The notes: generated by a model not told the origin, from the letters alone. Positions 11,886-25,685 are shown, counted from the first letter of the whole stretch. The stretch is 63,885 nucleotides of DNA, filler included, from Collodictyon triciliatum (GCA_043381765.1; 46 parts of 46 records of this genome joined end to end with filler, not necessarily neighbours in it), one strand, 5' to 3'. Program-made: numbers and translations.

Positions 11886-12595
11886 CTGTCTTTTTCTGAA
11901 GACGACCGAGAGGGGTAGGAGGAGGGATGTGCCCTTTTTTCTTTCTATTTTTCCCATCAAAGCCCTTGAATATTTTCACCCAAGAGTTAGAGCAACACCG
12001 CCAACGAAAAAAGTAACAACTACTTGCAGGAGCATGAGAGTTGTATTTCGCTCCGCAGTCTATTTTTTTCCCCACTCGTATGCGTCGGTGGTGTACGTTT
12101 CATTTGTTTGATACTACGGCAACAATGAGGAAGTCTAGTACCAACTCCTTTGTCTGATAAATAACTCAATTCTGATTAAATGAAGCTGAGTCGCAGAGTT
12201 TTTATAGTGCTTCGGTTGGCCGTATCAAAGGTATCCCGCTTGGCGATTCTTTTTTTTTTTGGGCAAATATAGTAAAACCAGAAAGGAACCGATAAGAGCG
12301 GGCTCGAAGGAAGAAAAATGTAAGGTGTGGTCTATACCCAGATTTGGAAGAATAGAATGCCATCTTATTCCAAAATAGAACGCCATCTCATCTCACAGCT
12401 TAGAGCTATTAGATAAAGTTGCGGCGTGCTACATTCCATCATTATGCATACATAGTGTNNNNNNNNNNNNNNNNNNNNNNNNNNNNNNNNNNNNNNNNNN
12501 NNTTAATTAATTAANNNNNNNNNNNNNNNNNNNNNNNNNNNNNNNNNNNNNNNNNNNNCTTATGTCGAATTATAAGTATTTGGTATAATGATTAC

Positions 12596-13493
12596 CATGC
12601 ATACTACACATCAGCATGGGACTGCTTCTATCCTCATGCTCGATGACCTCTTTTTCGACATACTATTTTTATTTTGGTTGTAAATTCGATTCATCACCAT
12701 TATTTTTATTTTCATGATATTATGATTTAAACGATATTATGATTAAAACATGATTTATGATATTATATTACGATATAGTTTGATAAATATAATGTAACTT
12801 TATGTTTTATAGCAAACTTAAGCATTATTCAACCATACCATGTACTCGGAATGATCAACAGCAGAAGAAACCAACAGATCATCTGAATAAAAGATTCATT
12901 ATACTTGAAATCAAAAAATGAATTGTATGAGTGCAAATGTAAGACTACCTTGGTCGTGGTTAGGATTCGGATTATAGTAGAGAAACTGGGTTTGGATTCC
13001 GCTCTTTTTGACCACCGTGGCATCCTTATTGTTTTATTTAAATAAACATTTTTTATTTATGTCATATGAAACATATGTCCTAGAATAAAAAAAACATATA
13101 AAATCAGAAAAACCTTTCATAAGTTGTAAACAAAGAGGCAATCAAAATACATACATTCTTTGAAGTGCTGGACTGGGAATGCAGCTCTTGAGTGCTTTTC
13201 TTTTCATTCGGTGTTTTCTGTTTTACAAAGTATTATTTATAATTACTGGGCTCTTTGGAAAAGTGTATTGTTATATATGTACCTCAGTGCGTGAGTCCAT
13301 CGCTGTGGAAGAGTTGGTGACTTGACAGTCGCCACGTTTTTCTTGTTAAGAGTTTTAAAAATAAGACATATGTTGAGAGCTTAAAGACAAGCACGAGAAA
13401 TAATTGATACCTTGCGTTGACACGTTGGTGTTTACTCTTTCTTCCATCGGTTGATCAACTTGATCAACTTGCGTTTCGGGCTTGGATTTTTCC
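12596..13493 (-). CDS. Hypothetical low-complexity protein, about 6 small exons
   Basis: Short GC-richer blocks bounded by AG/GT, e.g. EKSKPETQVDQVDQPMEERVNTNVSTQ, KTPNEKKSTQELHSQSSTSKN. Confidence 0.4.
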
Positions 13494-13953
13494 TGTTTTT
13501 TTTTTGTTTATGTTCAATTATTATTGATTTGAAAATGAAAGCGACATATTCTTCTAAATAATAAAGTGTATATGTTACCGCTTCTATTTGTTCCATTGTT
13601 TTGATCGCTTTCGTGTAATATATAGATAAAATGAGTTATAAAACAAGTATTTTTTCTTTTTTGTTTGTTTTATTTCTTTTGCTTTTTTTGTTTTGCTTTG
13701 CTTTGTTTTGTTTTGGTTTGGTTTGGTTTGGTTTGTTTTGTTTTGTTTTGTTTTGTTTTGTTTTGTTTTGTTTTGTTTTGTTTTGTTTTGTTTTGTTTTG
13801 TTTTGTTTTGTTTTGTTTTGTTTTGTTTTGTTTTGTTTTGTTTTGTTTTGTTTNNNNNNNNNNNNNNNNNNNNNNNNNNNNNNNNNNNNNNNNNNNNTTA
13901 ATTAATTAANNNNNNNNNNNNNNNNNNNNNNNNNNNNNNNNNNNNNNNNNNNN

Positions 13954-14008
<55 letters not shown>

Positions 14009-14023
14009 GTCTGCTCTCCTCCA

Positions 14024-15063
14024 GTCTCTTTCCGATGCTCCCACGCTCGTGTGGCTCCGACGAGACCAGATCTTCCCCGAAGGCTCACCCAATGGAGCTG
14101 CAAACGAGATTGTCTTGCTCGGACTCCTGGGCGACGTGCCGCATTACGCAGTGGATGTCTCCAAAGTATGTTCCCGTCTACTCTCACTCTTTCTTTCATC
14201 CACCTTCTCGCTTACCCAAAAAAAAAAAAAAAGATCACATATTTCTTGAAAAGACTCTTACTTTTTCGCTTTATGTATCCAAAGAGCCCCGTCTCGGACT
14301 TCCAGGAATTCGGAGTGTTTGAAGAGGCCCGCGCTCTTTCCATGCGCCTCGAGAACCCCTCGGATACGGCCATCGTTGCGCATGTAGGTCCTTGTTTTTC
14401 GGCCTGGCATACCTCGTGCAAACGCTGCATCATCCCCAATCTTGTTCCTTGTAAGTATCCCCCTCCATCAAACTACTTTGACAGGGACGCACTATCCTCG
14501 ACTGGCACAGCACGCACCAGTTCTGCCCTCAGTGTGGAAACAGAACAGCCAACCACGAGGGCGGCGCCAAGCGGGTCTGCATGAACCCATCCTGTGCCAA
14601 GGAGCACTATCCGAGAATAAGTATCCGCTTATAAACTCTACATATTTATATCTCATTCCCTTTCCTTTCTCTATCATGTCTTCTATTATTCATATATTAC
14701 CTTTTTGGTTTTATTGACTAAACGTTTTTCTTTATCAAGACCCCGTAGCCATCGTCCTTGTTGTGAAAGGAGACAAATGCCTTCTCGGGCGCCAGCCTCG
14801 ATTTCCTGCTGGTATGCTTGAAGGATTCGACTCTCATTCCCCACGCTATATTAGCCTTTCAAGATCTTTGTAGGCAAAGGGTACAACTCTTGCGCTTCTC
14901 ACAATAGGGCTCTACTCTTGCGTTGCGGGGTTCATGGAGGTGGCCGAGAGCCTGGAAGAATGTGTTCGCCGAGAGGTGAAGGAAGAAACTGGTGTGACTG
15001 TGGGGCGTGTGCGATACCACTCGTCCCAACCGTGGCCATTCCCCTCCCAGCTGATGCTCGGGT
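14024..15063 (+). CDS. NUDT12: NADH pyrophosphatase (NudC/NUDT12-NUDT13 family), spliced
   Basis: [14 protein letters not shown]...RVC...C...HYPRI zinc ribbon, [40 protein letters not shown] Nudix box, [13 protein letters not shown]. Confidence 0.92.
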
Positions 15064-16743
15064 GGTGAGATACTTATTTTTTCTTTCGTCTTTTGAAGAT
15101 CTCATGTTAATTTTGACATTAAATGAGATAATTTCAAACAGAAAACTATTATTGTTATTATTATTGTTATTATTATTGTTATTATTATTGTTATTATTAT
15201 TGTTATTATTATTGTTATTATTATTGTTATTATTATTATTGTTATTATNNNNNNNNNNNNNNNNNNNNNNNNNNNNNNNNNNNNNNNNNNNNTTAATTAA
15301 TTAANNNNNNNNNNNNNNNNNNNNNNNNNNNNNNNNNNNNNNNNNNNNAACAAAAAGGAACAAAAAGGAACAAAAAGGAACAAAAAGGAACAAAAAGGAA
15401 CAAAAAGGAACAAAAAGGAACAAAAAGGAACAAAAAGGAACAAAAAGGAAAAAAAACGAACTAAAAGGAACAAAAAGGAAAAAAAGGAAAAAAAGGAAAA
15501 AAAGGAACAAAAAGGAATCAAAAAGAACAAAAGGAATCAAAAAGAACAAAAGGAATCAAAAAGAAACAAAAAGGACTCAAAAGGACTCAAAAGGAATAAA
15601 ATATTCGAGGAAGCTGAATGGGACATGCCACGTGTTCTGAGCATTAATAATCTGAATATCGTCCTTCCTTTTGAACAAAATACCCCACACAGATGATTCG
15701 TCCTATCGTGACATGGTTTCTCGCATTCTCCTTCTTTACCAGCGCTATGGTAGTATTACATTCAATCCAGGTTTATTTTTCGAACCATTTGATTTGCTAA
15801 AATGTGTATCTCATATATTTATATCGATGAATGCGTTACTTTGCATTAGATAAGTTTGTCTATACCTTTAAATCGCACATCATCTTCAAACAAAACAGCA
15901 CACCTTTTTAAACCAGAGAAATACAGCATATGTTCATGGCGGTACGATTTAATTTCTTTGATTCCACCCCCGAACACAAATTATTATCTTTCATGGCTGA
16001 CTGATATACCACTTAAAGCAGAATATTTGATTCAACAGTGAAATAAAAGGATATTTATTTTCGTCCAAGAAGCCCCTACGGAAAAGTGAATGAAACTGCA
16101 TGACTAGCTTTTATCATCTTTAATATATAATAAATCAAACATTGCAGATTCCGAAGATTCCTTTACAAACAATCACCAACGCAAAGTCCATACTGAGGTA
16201 ATTATTCCAAAAATTATCAACCATCAGTAGTGTCTACCAATTGACTCAAATAGATTGCATCAGGACAATAGCCATATGGCCAACACTCCCAGACGACTCT
16301 TACCTCGGGGAATACCCACATTAGATAAAATATATTTGCTCAAATTCGACGAAATGAATCAGCAATCTACTCTGGAACATCCATATAATTCAAATACAAA
16401 CCCAACCGACATAGCCACCGAAACATTTGCAAAAAGTTATTCTAAAACTTCAGACTCTCTTACTGCGGAGCAATCCGAACAAATTTCCGATAATCACACA
16501 TATACCCCTTCCGAAGGGCAGGCAAATCAATCTCAATCTCAATCTCAATCTCAATCTCAATCTCAATCTCAATCTCAATCTCAATCTCAATCTCAATCTC
16601 AATCTACAATACAATCCCAATCCCAATCCCAATCCCAATCTCANNNNNNNNNNNNNNNNNNNNNNNNNNNNNNNNNNNNNNNNNNNNTTAATTAATTAAN
16701 NNNNNNNNNNNNNNNNNNNNNNNNNNNNNNNNNNNNNNNNNNN

Positions 16744-17207
16744 CGCAACTCCTTCGTGAGGAGCTGAAGCCGTTCAGACCGACCCACGTGGACATCAAAA
16801 AGGACATAGGCTTCTTTACAGACAAGGCCGTGGTAAAGCTTCTTTGCCACAAGAACCAGCTCCCTTCAAAGTTTACGTTCATGGGCAAAAAGTATCCAAA
16901 GTGCATCCTCAAAGAGCGTCCGCCAGCCTCGAACAACGAACAACAAGTAAAAGCTCCGCAAAAGAATACACCCGCCAAGCAGACAAGCAGCAACGGGGTC
17001 AAGGAAGCCAAGGCCAGGCAACAACAGAGCCCGCAAGACTCACAGCTGATACGCGCATACAGCGACAGCGACGATTGCATGGAAGGAAATCGGTTCCTCT
17101 TCAGAACCCTCGCACTCGAGCCCTCCACCGCCAACACCGGACAAGCCCGCACATCGCAAGACCCAAGAGCAGCATATCTCCAAACCATGAAAGAAATCTC
17201 CCCATAA
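16744..17207 (+). mobile_element. ORF1-like fragment of a LINE-derived element
   Basis: GC-richer intronless frame (QLLREELKPFRPTHVDIKKDIGFFTDKAVVKLLC...) directly upstream of the multicopy segment 17376-17890. Confidence 0.5.
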
Positions 17208-17375
17208 ACTACTCATTCAGACTGACCTGAATATGGTTAACATAGTAGGGCTCAAGGCAGTCTTCGTTACTTATCCAAAAGGATAGTCCAAAGCGAAGGC
17301 AACACAAGAGCCAGCGCCCACCAAATGATACATCGTTGTTTGTCTGGAATTGTCGGAAGCGCCCACCAAATGATA

Positions 17376-17890
17376 GTCTGTTTATCCTTTCCAGTCTGTC
17401 GCACCGAGAACCAAGGAGCAAGAACAAGCATCACAAGTCGAATCCAAGCTTAGAGCTTCACACACCAAAGACAGTCCGAGCAAGCAGGAGCGTATGTTTC
17501 TAAAATCACAAACGTATCCAAACTCCGGTTAAGCAAAGTCCACTGCCGGCTACGCATGGTCCCGATGCCAGGTGACGGTCAAGTGCCACTTCCGTTAATT
17601 CCAGACAAATAACGATGTATCGCTTTTTATCAGAGTCGCCCAGCAAGAAACGCAAGGAAAGTGACCCGTTGTCTCCTCAAAAGACTCATCCAGTGGAATG
17701 AAATAGGATGTAAACCCTGTCTGAGATAAACGGTTAAAAGGATTCGTCGGAATGGATTTTCGAAGTAACAGCCATGTGCGTACTTTCATAGACCCGACAA
17801 CTTTATCCGCTCTTCTGCCAGTCCCGAATACAACCTGGAATCGCGTTAGAGCTGATTTACCTCGGGTAGGATAGTTCGCATGTGAGACCT
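17376..17890 (+). mobile_element. Interspersed repeat family A, copy 1 (probable non-autonomous LINE 3' part)
   Basis: Colinear high identity with 25870-26401 (reverse strand) and weaker with 19625-19865; followed by a pyrimidine tract. Confidence 0.8.
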
Positions 17891-18138
17891 CTTTTTCTTT
17901 TTTCTTTTTCTTTTTTCTTTTTTCTTTTCTCTTTTTTCTTTTTCTTTTTTCTTTTTTCTTTTTCTTTTTTCTTTTTTCTTTTTTCTTTTTCTTTTTTCTT
18001 TTTTCTTTTTTCTTTTTTCTTTTTTCTTTTTTCTTTTTNNNNNNNNNNNNNNNNNNNNNNNNNNNNNNNNNNNNNNNNNNNNTTAATTAATTAANNNNNN
18101 NNNNNNNNNNNNNNNNNNNNNNNNNNNNNNNNNNNNNN

Positions 18139-19432
18139 GCGCTAGTAGCGGCTCGGGCGTGTTTGGTGGTGGTGATGGGATTCTGCTCTCACAGAGCTGT
18201 GCCTTGAAGTTCGGGCATATGCGATGGATAAGATGCCACATTCCACGCTGCCAAAATCCTTTCGGATGGGTAAGCATATCTGTCCACCATCTCATCGTGA
18301 GTGATGTCCATGCAATGCCAGGCGTTATGAGTCCCAGTCCTCCCTCCGTGGGTGGCTTAGAGAGCGTCTTGATTTTATATTTTTGATTATTCGTAGTGAT
18401 GAAGTTGCGGCAGATGTCTTCCAGCTCCTTCAGCCTTTGGGGATTCAGCAAAGTGCCTTTCATGTTGTAGATAAGGGTCGACAGCATCACTTGGTTCCAC
18501 AACCTTACTTTCCCCACGTCCGAGAGATGAAAGTTGCTCCACACTGATATTTTCGACTTGATGTCCTCAACCAGGCTTGTCCATTTGTTATCTGATTGTG
18601 GACCGAATATGATACCAAGATACTTGAGTGGATGTGATGGTGGCTTCCACACAATTTTTCCTGGAAACACAAGTCCGTCCTGAAACCCGAAAAGAATCCC
18701 ATCTGTCTTGTCGTAGTTGATTTTCCCGCCGACAGCTCGTGTGTATTCTTGCACGCATTTGTTGGCGAGTGTGGCGCCTTCGGGAGACCGCAAGATGAAT
18801 GCTATGTTGTCTGCATATTGAAGTATCAGGTTGTTGCGACTTTTTTTCGTTTCGGAAATGGTTTGTAAGGCAGTCAGCGACAAAGTAGAAGAGCAGTGGT
18901 GCAAATGGGCAGCCTTGATACATCCCGCTCTGTCTTTGAATTGCATCCGTAGGTCCGTGTGCCGTGAGTACCCTCGCTGTTGCATTGTCGTGCAATTTCT
19001 TGATAAGGCTGGTGAATACAGTACAGAAGCCTCTTTTGTGTAGGATGGTTTCCAGTGCTTCGTGGTTCACATAGTCGTATGCTTTCTCCAGGTCGTAGAA
19101 AATCATAGCGCGGGGCGTCCCGCTTACTTGATATTCCATGTACTCTTTGTTGACAAGCCAGATGTTTGTGTCGATGTTCCTTCCGTTCATGAAACCAATC
19201 TGCTCTTTGGATATGAGTTTGTCAGCGAAGGGTGATATGCGATTTCTGAGTAGCGTCGTAAATATCTTATAGTCGTTATTCAACAGTGATATTGGCCGCC
19301 AGTCTGCAAGGTTGCTCGAGTTTCCTTTCTTTGGTATCAGCCGCACCGTGGCCTCTGTAAATCCTTGCGGTAGGTCGCCACCAGACATGATTCCATTCAG
19401 AAAAGCCACTAAGGATGCCTTGACCTCATTAA
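18139..19432 (-). mobile_element. L1/Tx1-clade non-LTR retrotransposon reverse transcriptase, frameshifted
   Basis: LIPKKG..WRPISLLNNDYKIF, QIGFMNGRNI, DLEKAYD, QGCPFAPLLF, then after a frameshift near 18850 QYADN, INYDKT, KYLGI, GGLGL. Confidence 0.95.
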
Positions 19433-19624
19433 NNNNNNNNNNNNNNNNNNNNNNNNNNNNNNNNNNNNNNNNNNNNTTAATTAATTAANNNNNNNNNNNN
19501 NNNNNNNNNNNNNNNNNNNNNNNNNNNNNNNNTGGATTTTTTTATAAAAATAAAAGATAGATAGAAAGAGATGAATAGGAATGTAAGAAAAGATAAACTG
19601 GGTGGTGAAATAGAAAGATAGCAA

Positions 19625-19865
19625 AGTGTTTTTACACACAGACTTTTCTTCCTGAAGTGTGTTAAATCAAACATGGAAAAAAGATTGTTGGCACGGGCTC
19701 TAATATCTTATTCTGTCGTGAATAAAAAAAAACTCCAATGCGGGTTATATTGTGTTCGAGACTGACAGAAGGGCGGATAAAATTGTCGGGTTGATAAAAG
19801 TACTCACAAATCAGTTACCTTAAAAACGATTTCAAGGAGTTTTATTACCTATATATGTCAGACAG
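19625..19865 (-). mobile_element. Interspersed repeat family A, old degenerate copy
   Basis: TTCGAGACTGACAGAAGGGCGGATAAAATTGTCGGGT matches 25938-25975; interrupted by an insertion near 19660-19730. Confidence 0.7.
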
Positions 19866-20339
19866 TTATTATATTCTTCAACGCGAGTGTCATTTAAGTA
19901 AATACTATGATATCTAACAACAATAAGTGGTGCGGTTGAGCAAGGGGATTGAAAGGCAAATCAAAAACACAGAGATTTTTCTTTATACGTGGTTATGTTG
20001 TGGTTGGTACAATCTTACAATTATTCGCAATTATACCAGAAAAATATTCTGGAAGTTTAAGAAGTAATTTGTTTATGGTTATTTGTCGTGTGCAAGGTAT
20101 TTCATTAGCGATGATGTTTTGGTGGATTCCCCATTTTTTTTATTTGTTTTGTTTACAGTTGTTATTTGTTTGGATAACTATATCTAAAGTTTTATTATTC
20201 CATTTTTATGTACACGCTTGTACTTTATGAGATGGGTTTCATATGCTTTTGATTTCTTCGTTTTATATGTAAGATTAGCCTCCCAAGAAATATCATATGG
20301 GAGTAGGGCATCTCTCTTGGGTTTTATCTCGACTTGGTC

Positions 20340-20827
20340 TCTGGCATAAAGACAAAAAGGAGAATCACGACACATCAGGTACTACGAGCAAATCGACCGA
20401 TGGTTCTTCGGACTCGGCAAAGAAAAAGAAATGACGCTCTACCCTCCACCGCCAGAGTCAGACGAGAATGAACCGCTGCCACCTGAAGAGATTGGCAAAA
20501 CTAACATCCAAAACTTCTACGCCGATGTGTGGAAGAAACGAGACTTTGACCGTGCAACCCTCGAGCTGGTAACAAATAATTTCTCTATGGCGAACGAAAG
20601 GGAGGCAGAATCTATGGTCAAAGACATTGATGACAGCGAATTGTGGAGCGCTATCAAGTCCATGCTGAAGCGCAAAGCACCAGGCCCTGACCGCCTACCT
20701 AGCGAAGCGTACGCCACCTTCTTCCAAGTCATCAAGACATCCCTCCTGGGACTCCTAAACAGCCTGATTGCAGATGCAGACAACATCCCGGATGGCTTTA
20801 CAGAAGCAATGGTGCGTCTAATCCCAA
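20340..20827 (+). mobile_element. L1/Tx1 ORF2 fragment (pre-RT region)
   Basis: IQNFYADVW, ELWSAIKSMLKRKAPGPDRLPSEAY, GFTEAMVRLIP; the last motif also starts the RT at 19409. Confidence 0.9.
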
Positions 20828-21111
20828 NNNNNNNNNNNNNNNNNNNNNNNNNNNNNNNNNNNNNNNNNNNNTTAATTAATTAANNNNNNNNNNNNNNNNN
20901 NNNNNNNNNNNNNNNNNNNNNNNNNNNTTTCTGTCTCTGTCTCTGTCTCTGTCTCTGTCTCTGTCTCTGTCTCTGTCTCTGTCTCTGTCTCTGTCTCTGT
21001 CTCTGTCTCTGTTTCTGTCTCTGTCTCTGTCTCTGTCTCTGTCTCTGTCTCTGTCTCTGTCTCTGATTGCCCTTGGCACACAGCGAGTTCGCTAACAATC
21101 CTTCGCTCCAG

Positions 21112-21315
21112 ATACACCTGCTTCCGTCTCGACAGGCAGAGGACATCAGCACAAGCTACACCTGCCCCGTCTACAAGACACTCACCCGTGCAGGCACGCT
21201 GTCCACCACTGGCCATTCCACAAACTATGTGATGAGCATCCACGTCCCATCACGCCAACCGGCCCAGCACTGGATTAAGCGCGGTGTGGCTTTGATTTGT
21301 AGCTTGAATTACTAA
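21112..21315 (+). CDS. Axonemal inner-arm dynein heavy chain, last exon (DNAH1-like)
   Basis: [25 protein letters not shown]...[15 protein letters not shown]-stop after a CAG acceptor. Confidence 0.92.
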   Translation: MHLLPSRQAEDISTSYTCPVYKTLTRAGTLSTTGHSTNYVMSIHVPSRQPAQHWIKRGVALICSLNY

Positions 21316-22323
21316 CCTATTCCCCTATCGAAAGCAAAGGTGATGAAGAAGAAAATATTAAATGCAATTAAGCCCTGTTCGAACCGGCTGTAACGGAATG
21401 ACAGAGGATGCGTCCGTATTTGCCGCCTTTGTGTGTGAGGTCTTTTACATCATAGTTGGGTGGATATGCGGCCCATGTCCTCCTCCTTTATTCTCTTTCG
21501 TAGCGGCCATTCGTATGTGTGTTTGTGTGTGTGTATGTGTGTGTCTGTGGGAGTGCCTGTTGTTGATTTGTCAGTGTTCGTGTAGAAAAGGCTAATGATA
21601 CCACGCGAGCGCAGTCTCCAACATCATTCCCAGAGGAAAAAAAAAAAGACTAGGAGGAAAAAACAACGAAGGCTGCTCAACAGAAGAGAGCGGTCTGAAT
21701 AACATCGTTAGCAAAGACTTTGGACGATATAAGAATACACAGGAAAAGATTGTGCAGCGAGCGAAGCAGCTAAGTTTGAGATCTTTGCAGGATCGACTCG
21801 TTGGTTTTTTTCGCGATGTCGACCACAAACACTTCACAAAGCGGTCCGAAAAAGAAAGGTAAGAAACGATCCCTTTGTCCTCTGTTTCTCGCACTGCAGT
21901 CTCTTTTCCCTATCAAGGTTCGCTCCAAACAGCCTGCCATAACCCCCCGCGTAGTTGTGGTGATCTCCAAGTCTTCTCTTTGCATTTTCTGGCACATGAC
22001 TGCAAAGACACTTTATTCAGCTCTTTTAGTTCTTTTAGTTCTTTTAGTTCTTTTAGTCCTTTTAGTCCTTTTAGTTCTTTTAGTTCTTTTAGTCCTTTTA
22101 GTTCTTTTAGTTTTTTTAGTTTTTTTAGTTCTTTTAGTTCTTTTAGTTCTTTTAGTTCTTTTAGTTCTTTTAGTTCTTTTAGTTCTTTTAGTTCTTTTAG
22201 TTCTTTTAGTTCTTTTAGTTCNNNNNNNNNNNNNNNNNNNNNNNNNNNNNNNNNNNNNNNNNNNNTTAATTAATTAANNNNNNNNNNNNNNNNNNNNNNN
22301 NNNNNNNNNNNNNNNNNNNNNAC

Positions 22324-22438
<115 letters not shown>

Positions 22439-22659
22439 TACAGAAATAAGAGCATGATTCTTGAAGGTCAAAATTTTTTTGTGTGCTATCTGTTACTATA
22501 AAATACCTGTCCGTCGTTCAAAGCCACAATCGATATAAAATCACTAATTTTAAAAAACTGATTAACCAAGGGTACGGAATCCAGATTCTCGTCTGCGTCT
22601 GTAACTGTAACTGTTGTGCTAAAAGGAAACGAAATTCAATAATAGAAGTAAATTATGCT

Positions 22660-23480
22660 AATATTTGTTTCGAAAAAGCCCTTCTTTTTTTCTTTCTTCA
22701 AAAACCAGCACAACTGCATTCTTTGGCATATATCATCAAACCTTTCCGCCACGAAAGCATCTGGAATACTTTGTTTTTCGTTTCCCCCGTCATCCTCAGC
22801 ATCGCTAACCTCTTCATTCTGATCCATCACAACCTCGTCGTTCTTATTACGCTTAATCTCTTCTTTCGTGACAGAAACAGTGCTGTTCAAAGTATCTGGC
22901 TCATTGCATTCTGGCACATCCTCCATTCGGCTCTGCTTCTCAACTATCTCAACAATGTCTTCCGATGACCATGGTGTGCTTTGACACAGAGCATTTTCAA
23001 CAATACTTTCGGGTTCATTGAGTCCCTCGACTGATGCATCTTTTTCGTTTGATTCTGGAGGTATGGAAAGAAGAATGGTTGGGTTTGGCTCTACGACAAC
23101 ATCGTTCTTGTCAACAGGATTTGCTTTCGGCAGAAAAAGCTCGTCGGGAAGTGAGGTGGACAGCAGTGAAAATGACTCGTCAAGGATGTCTTTTCTTACG
23201 CCACAACCTGGTTCATCAAAGTCCAAATGGTGTTCGTTTTCGCTTTGGTGGCTGAGAAAATCGAGGCTTTTGCTGCTGCTGTCGAGGACGTCCACAGAAA
23301 GTGATGAAGAGTCGCACAGTGACAGGGCAGAGTTGAATGATATGTTGCGTTTGCTTCTTGAGCGTCGTGTGCGGCGGCTCCGCTGTGCGATGAGTTTCAT
23401 TAAACGAAGGCGACGAATGAAGGGACTCACGACTGTTGTCTTCATTCTGGATGCCAATGGCAATATCCTGCTTGCGTATT
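22660..23480 (-). CDS. Hypothetical Ser/acidic-rich, probably disordered protein, large exon
   Basis: 275-codon open frame with coding-like composition; no recognised domain. Confidence 0.55.
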
Positions 23481-23559
23481 ATTTGTGAGTGCAACAAAAA
23501 TCGGAGACTTGAACCGTGTTGACGGGGATAGTGTGAGGTTTTTTTTTTTGTTCTTTTTT

Positions 23560-23615
<56 letters not shown>

Positions 23616-23715
23616 NNNNNNNNNNNNNNNNNNNNNNNNNNNNNNNNNNNNNNNNNNNNTTAATTAATTAANNNNNNNNNNNNNNNNNNNNNNNNNNNNN
23701 NNNNNNNNNNNNNNN

Positions 23716-24174
23716 AGGCGACAATACAAATACCTGCGCATTGCCTCGGGAGACAACGTAGATGTTTCCTGTGATTGGGTGCACAGCAAGTCCCCAAGGA
23801 CGGTTAAGTCCGATTTGTTGCCCAGGAAAATCTTTCACCACTTTGATTGGTGTGTTAATATCTGTGACGTTGCGATACAGTGGATGTAATCCCGAGTAAA
23901 CAGCTCTTGTCATGGTGTACTCTAGACTGAAATCGACCAGACTAATCGGTTGATAATACAAATTCGAAGGGTGAATCTTGTCTTTTAAAGCTGCTATGAC
24001 GGCTTCAATGCGAGATATTTGTGTTATTCTTGAAACCAGCCCACTTGATTTTTGGACCAATTTCAAGGTCATATCAGTAGCAGTGCGACATAATAGAACA
24101 CGTGATTCAAAGGCGTGGAGTGGTTTGTTAATTTTGGACGCTGTTGTTCTTAACTTCAGGGTTAAAAGATGCAT
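23716..24174 (-). CDS. NHL-repeat protein fragment
   Basis: IGLNRPWGLAVHPITGNIYVVSRGNAQVFVLSP matches an NHL blade. Confidence 0.7.
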
Positions 24175-25685
24175 ATTTAGCGAGGGAGTTGGTTAATCCG
24201 TGGAAAATATACAATAATATTTTATTGCTCTTTTGTTTCTGTAAATATTATAGATATGTTATGTCCTTTGTTTTTTAAACTCTTATTATTAACAAGGAAA
24301 TGTTGTGTTCGTAACCTGATTAATGAATATGTCTAGAATTCCTTGGAGTTGTTCGTTCCTTTGGAAAAGGTGGGACACAATCACTTTGTCGAACTCCTCT
24401 GCAATATCGCTGGCCTGGACATAGTGTATGATGAGAAAAATGAAGAATGAAGAATGAAAAACGAAGAATAATGAAAAGAATGAAGAATAATGAAAAGAAT
24501 GAAGAATAATGAAAAGAATGAAGAATAATGAAAAAAATGAAGAATGAAGAATGAAGAATGAAGAATAATGAATAATGAATAATGAAAAGAATGAAGAAAG
24601 AAGAATGACGAATGAAAAATGACGAATGAAAAATGACGAATGAAAAAGGAAAAAAGAAAAAGGAAAAAGGAAAAAGGAAAAAGGAAAAAGGAAAAAGGAA
24701 AAATGAAAAATAGAAAAGAAAAAAGAAAAGGTAAAAGAAAAAAGATGATGAAAAACGAAAAAGGGAAAAGGGAAAAGGGAAAAGAAAAGGGGAAAAGGGA
24801 AAAGGGAAAAGAAAAGGGGAAGAAAAGGGCCTCTCTATAATGTTTTAATGACAAGCTTTAAATAATTATTGTATAATGAGGTTTTTATATCTCAGCCCAT
24901 TTTTCTTCACTTTTTCATTTCATAAATCGAGTTGTCCTTGAAAGCGAAATGAAAGCGGATCGAGCGTCATACAAAGAAGCCGTCGTCGCTGATGTACTTA
25001 GTAAAAGTNNNNNNNNNNNNNNNNNNNNNNNNNNNNNNNNNNNNNNNNNNNNTTAATTAATTAANNNNNNNNNNNNNNNNNNNNNNNNNNNNNNNNNNNN
25101 NNNNNNNNTGGCTTTGTTGGGGGATTTATGAAGCGCAAGAATTTGGGTCAGTAGATACAGATGTTAATCATGATAATTTAAAGGCTTACAGAGGGTTTGT
25201 GCCCCGTCCGCAGGTTGCTTGTGCATTGTGTTGTAGTTCATTCGTCGGTCGTCTCGGCAGGGTTGGAGTGATTGTGATAATCATCAAATCCATCCACAGA
25301 CACGCACGAGGCTCTCATCTGCCAACCGAAGACGACAGAACCTCATATATGCTTGAATCTTGGGCTGCAACATCCTTCGTAATAGAAACATGCCCCTTCT
25401 CGATTTATAAAAATTCAAAATTTTGAATTTGAAGGACATAACATCTTGATTCCATCACTTCCACAAGTGTCGAAGAAATATCGATATGGAAGGGAAAATT
25501 GATGAAAGTACAGGGTAGTAGATAAAAATATATTACAGGTTTTTTTAATCATCATGATTTTGATATCACACTCAATTCAGCATTACAAGAAAAAATACAA
25601 ATCATAATTCCTTTTTTTTCTTCGTTTCTTTCTATTTTTTTTGAATTTTTTCATACAAATATTCGATAATATTCTTTGGAAATAT

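Noticed and set aside
15860-15910. AVLFEDDVRF on the minus strand as a GT25 glycosyltransferase
   Set aside because: Isolated short match; splice signals and the (SQ)n frame in this contig favour a plus-strand gene.
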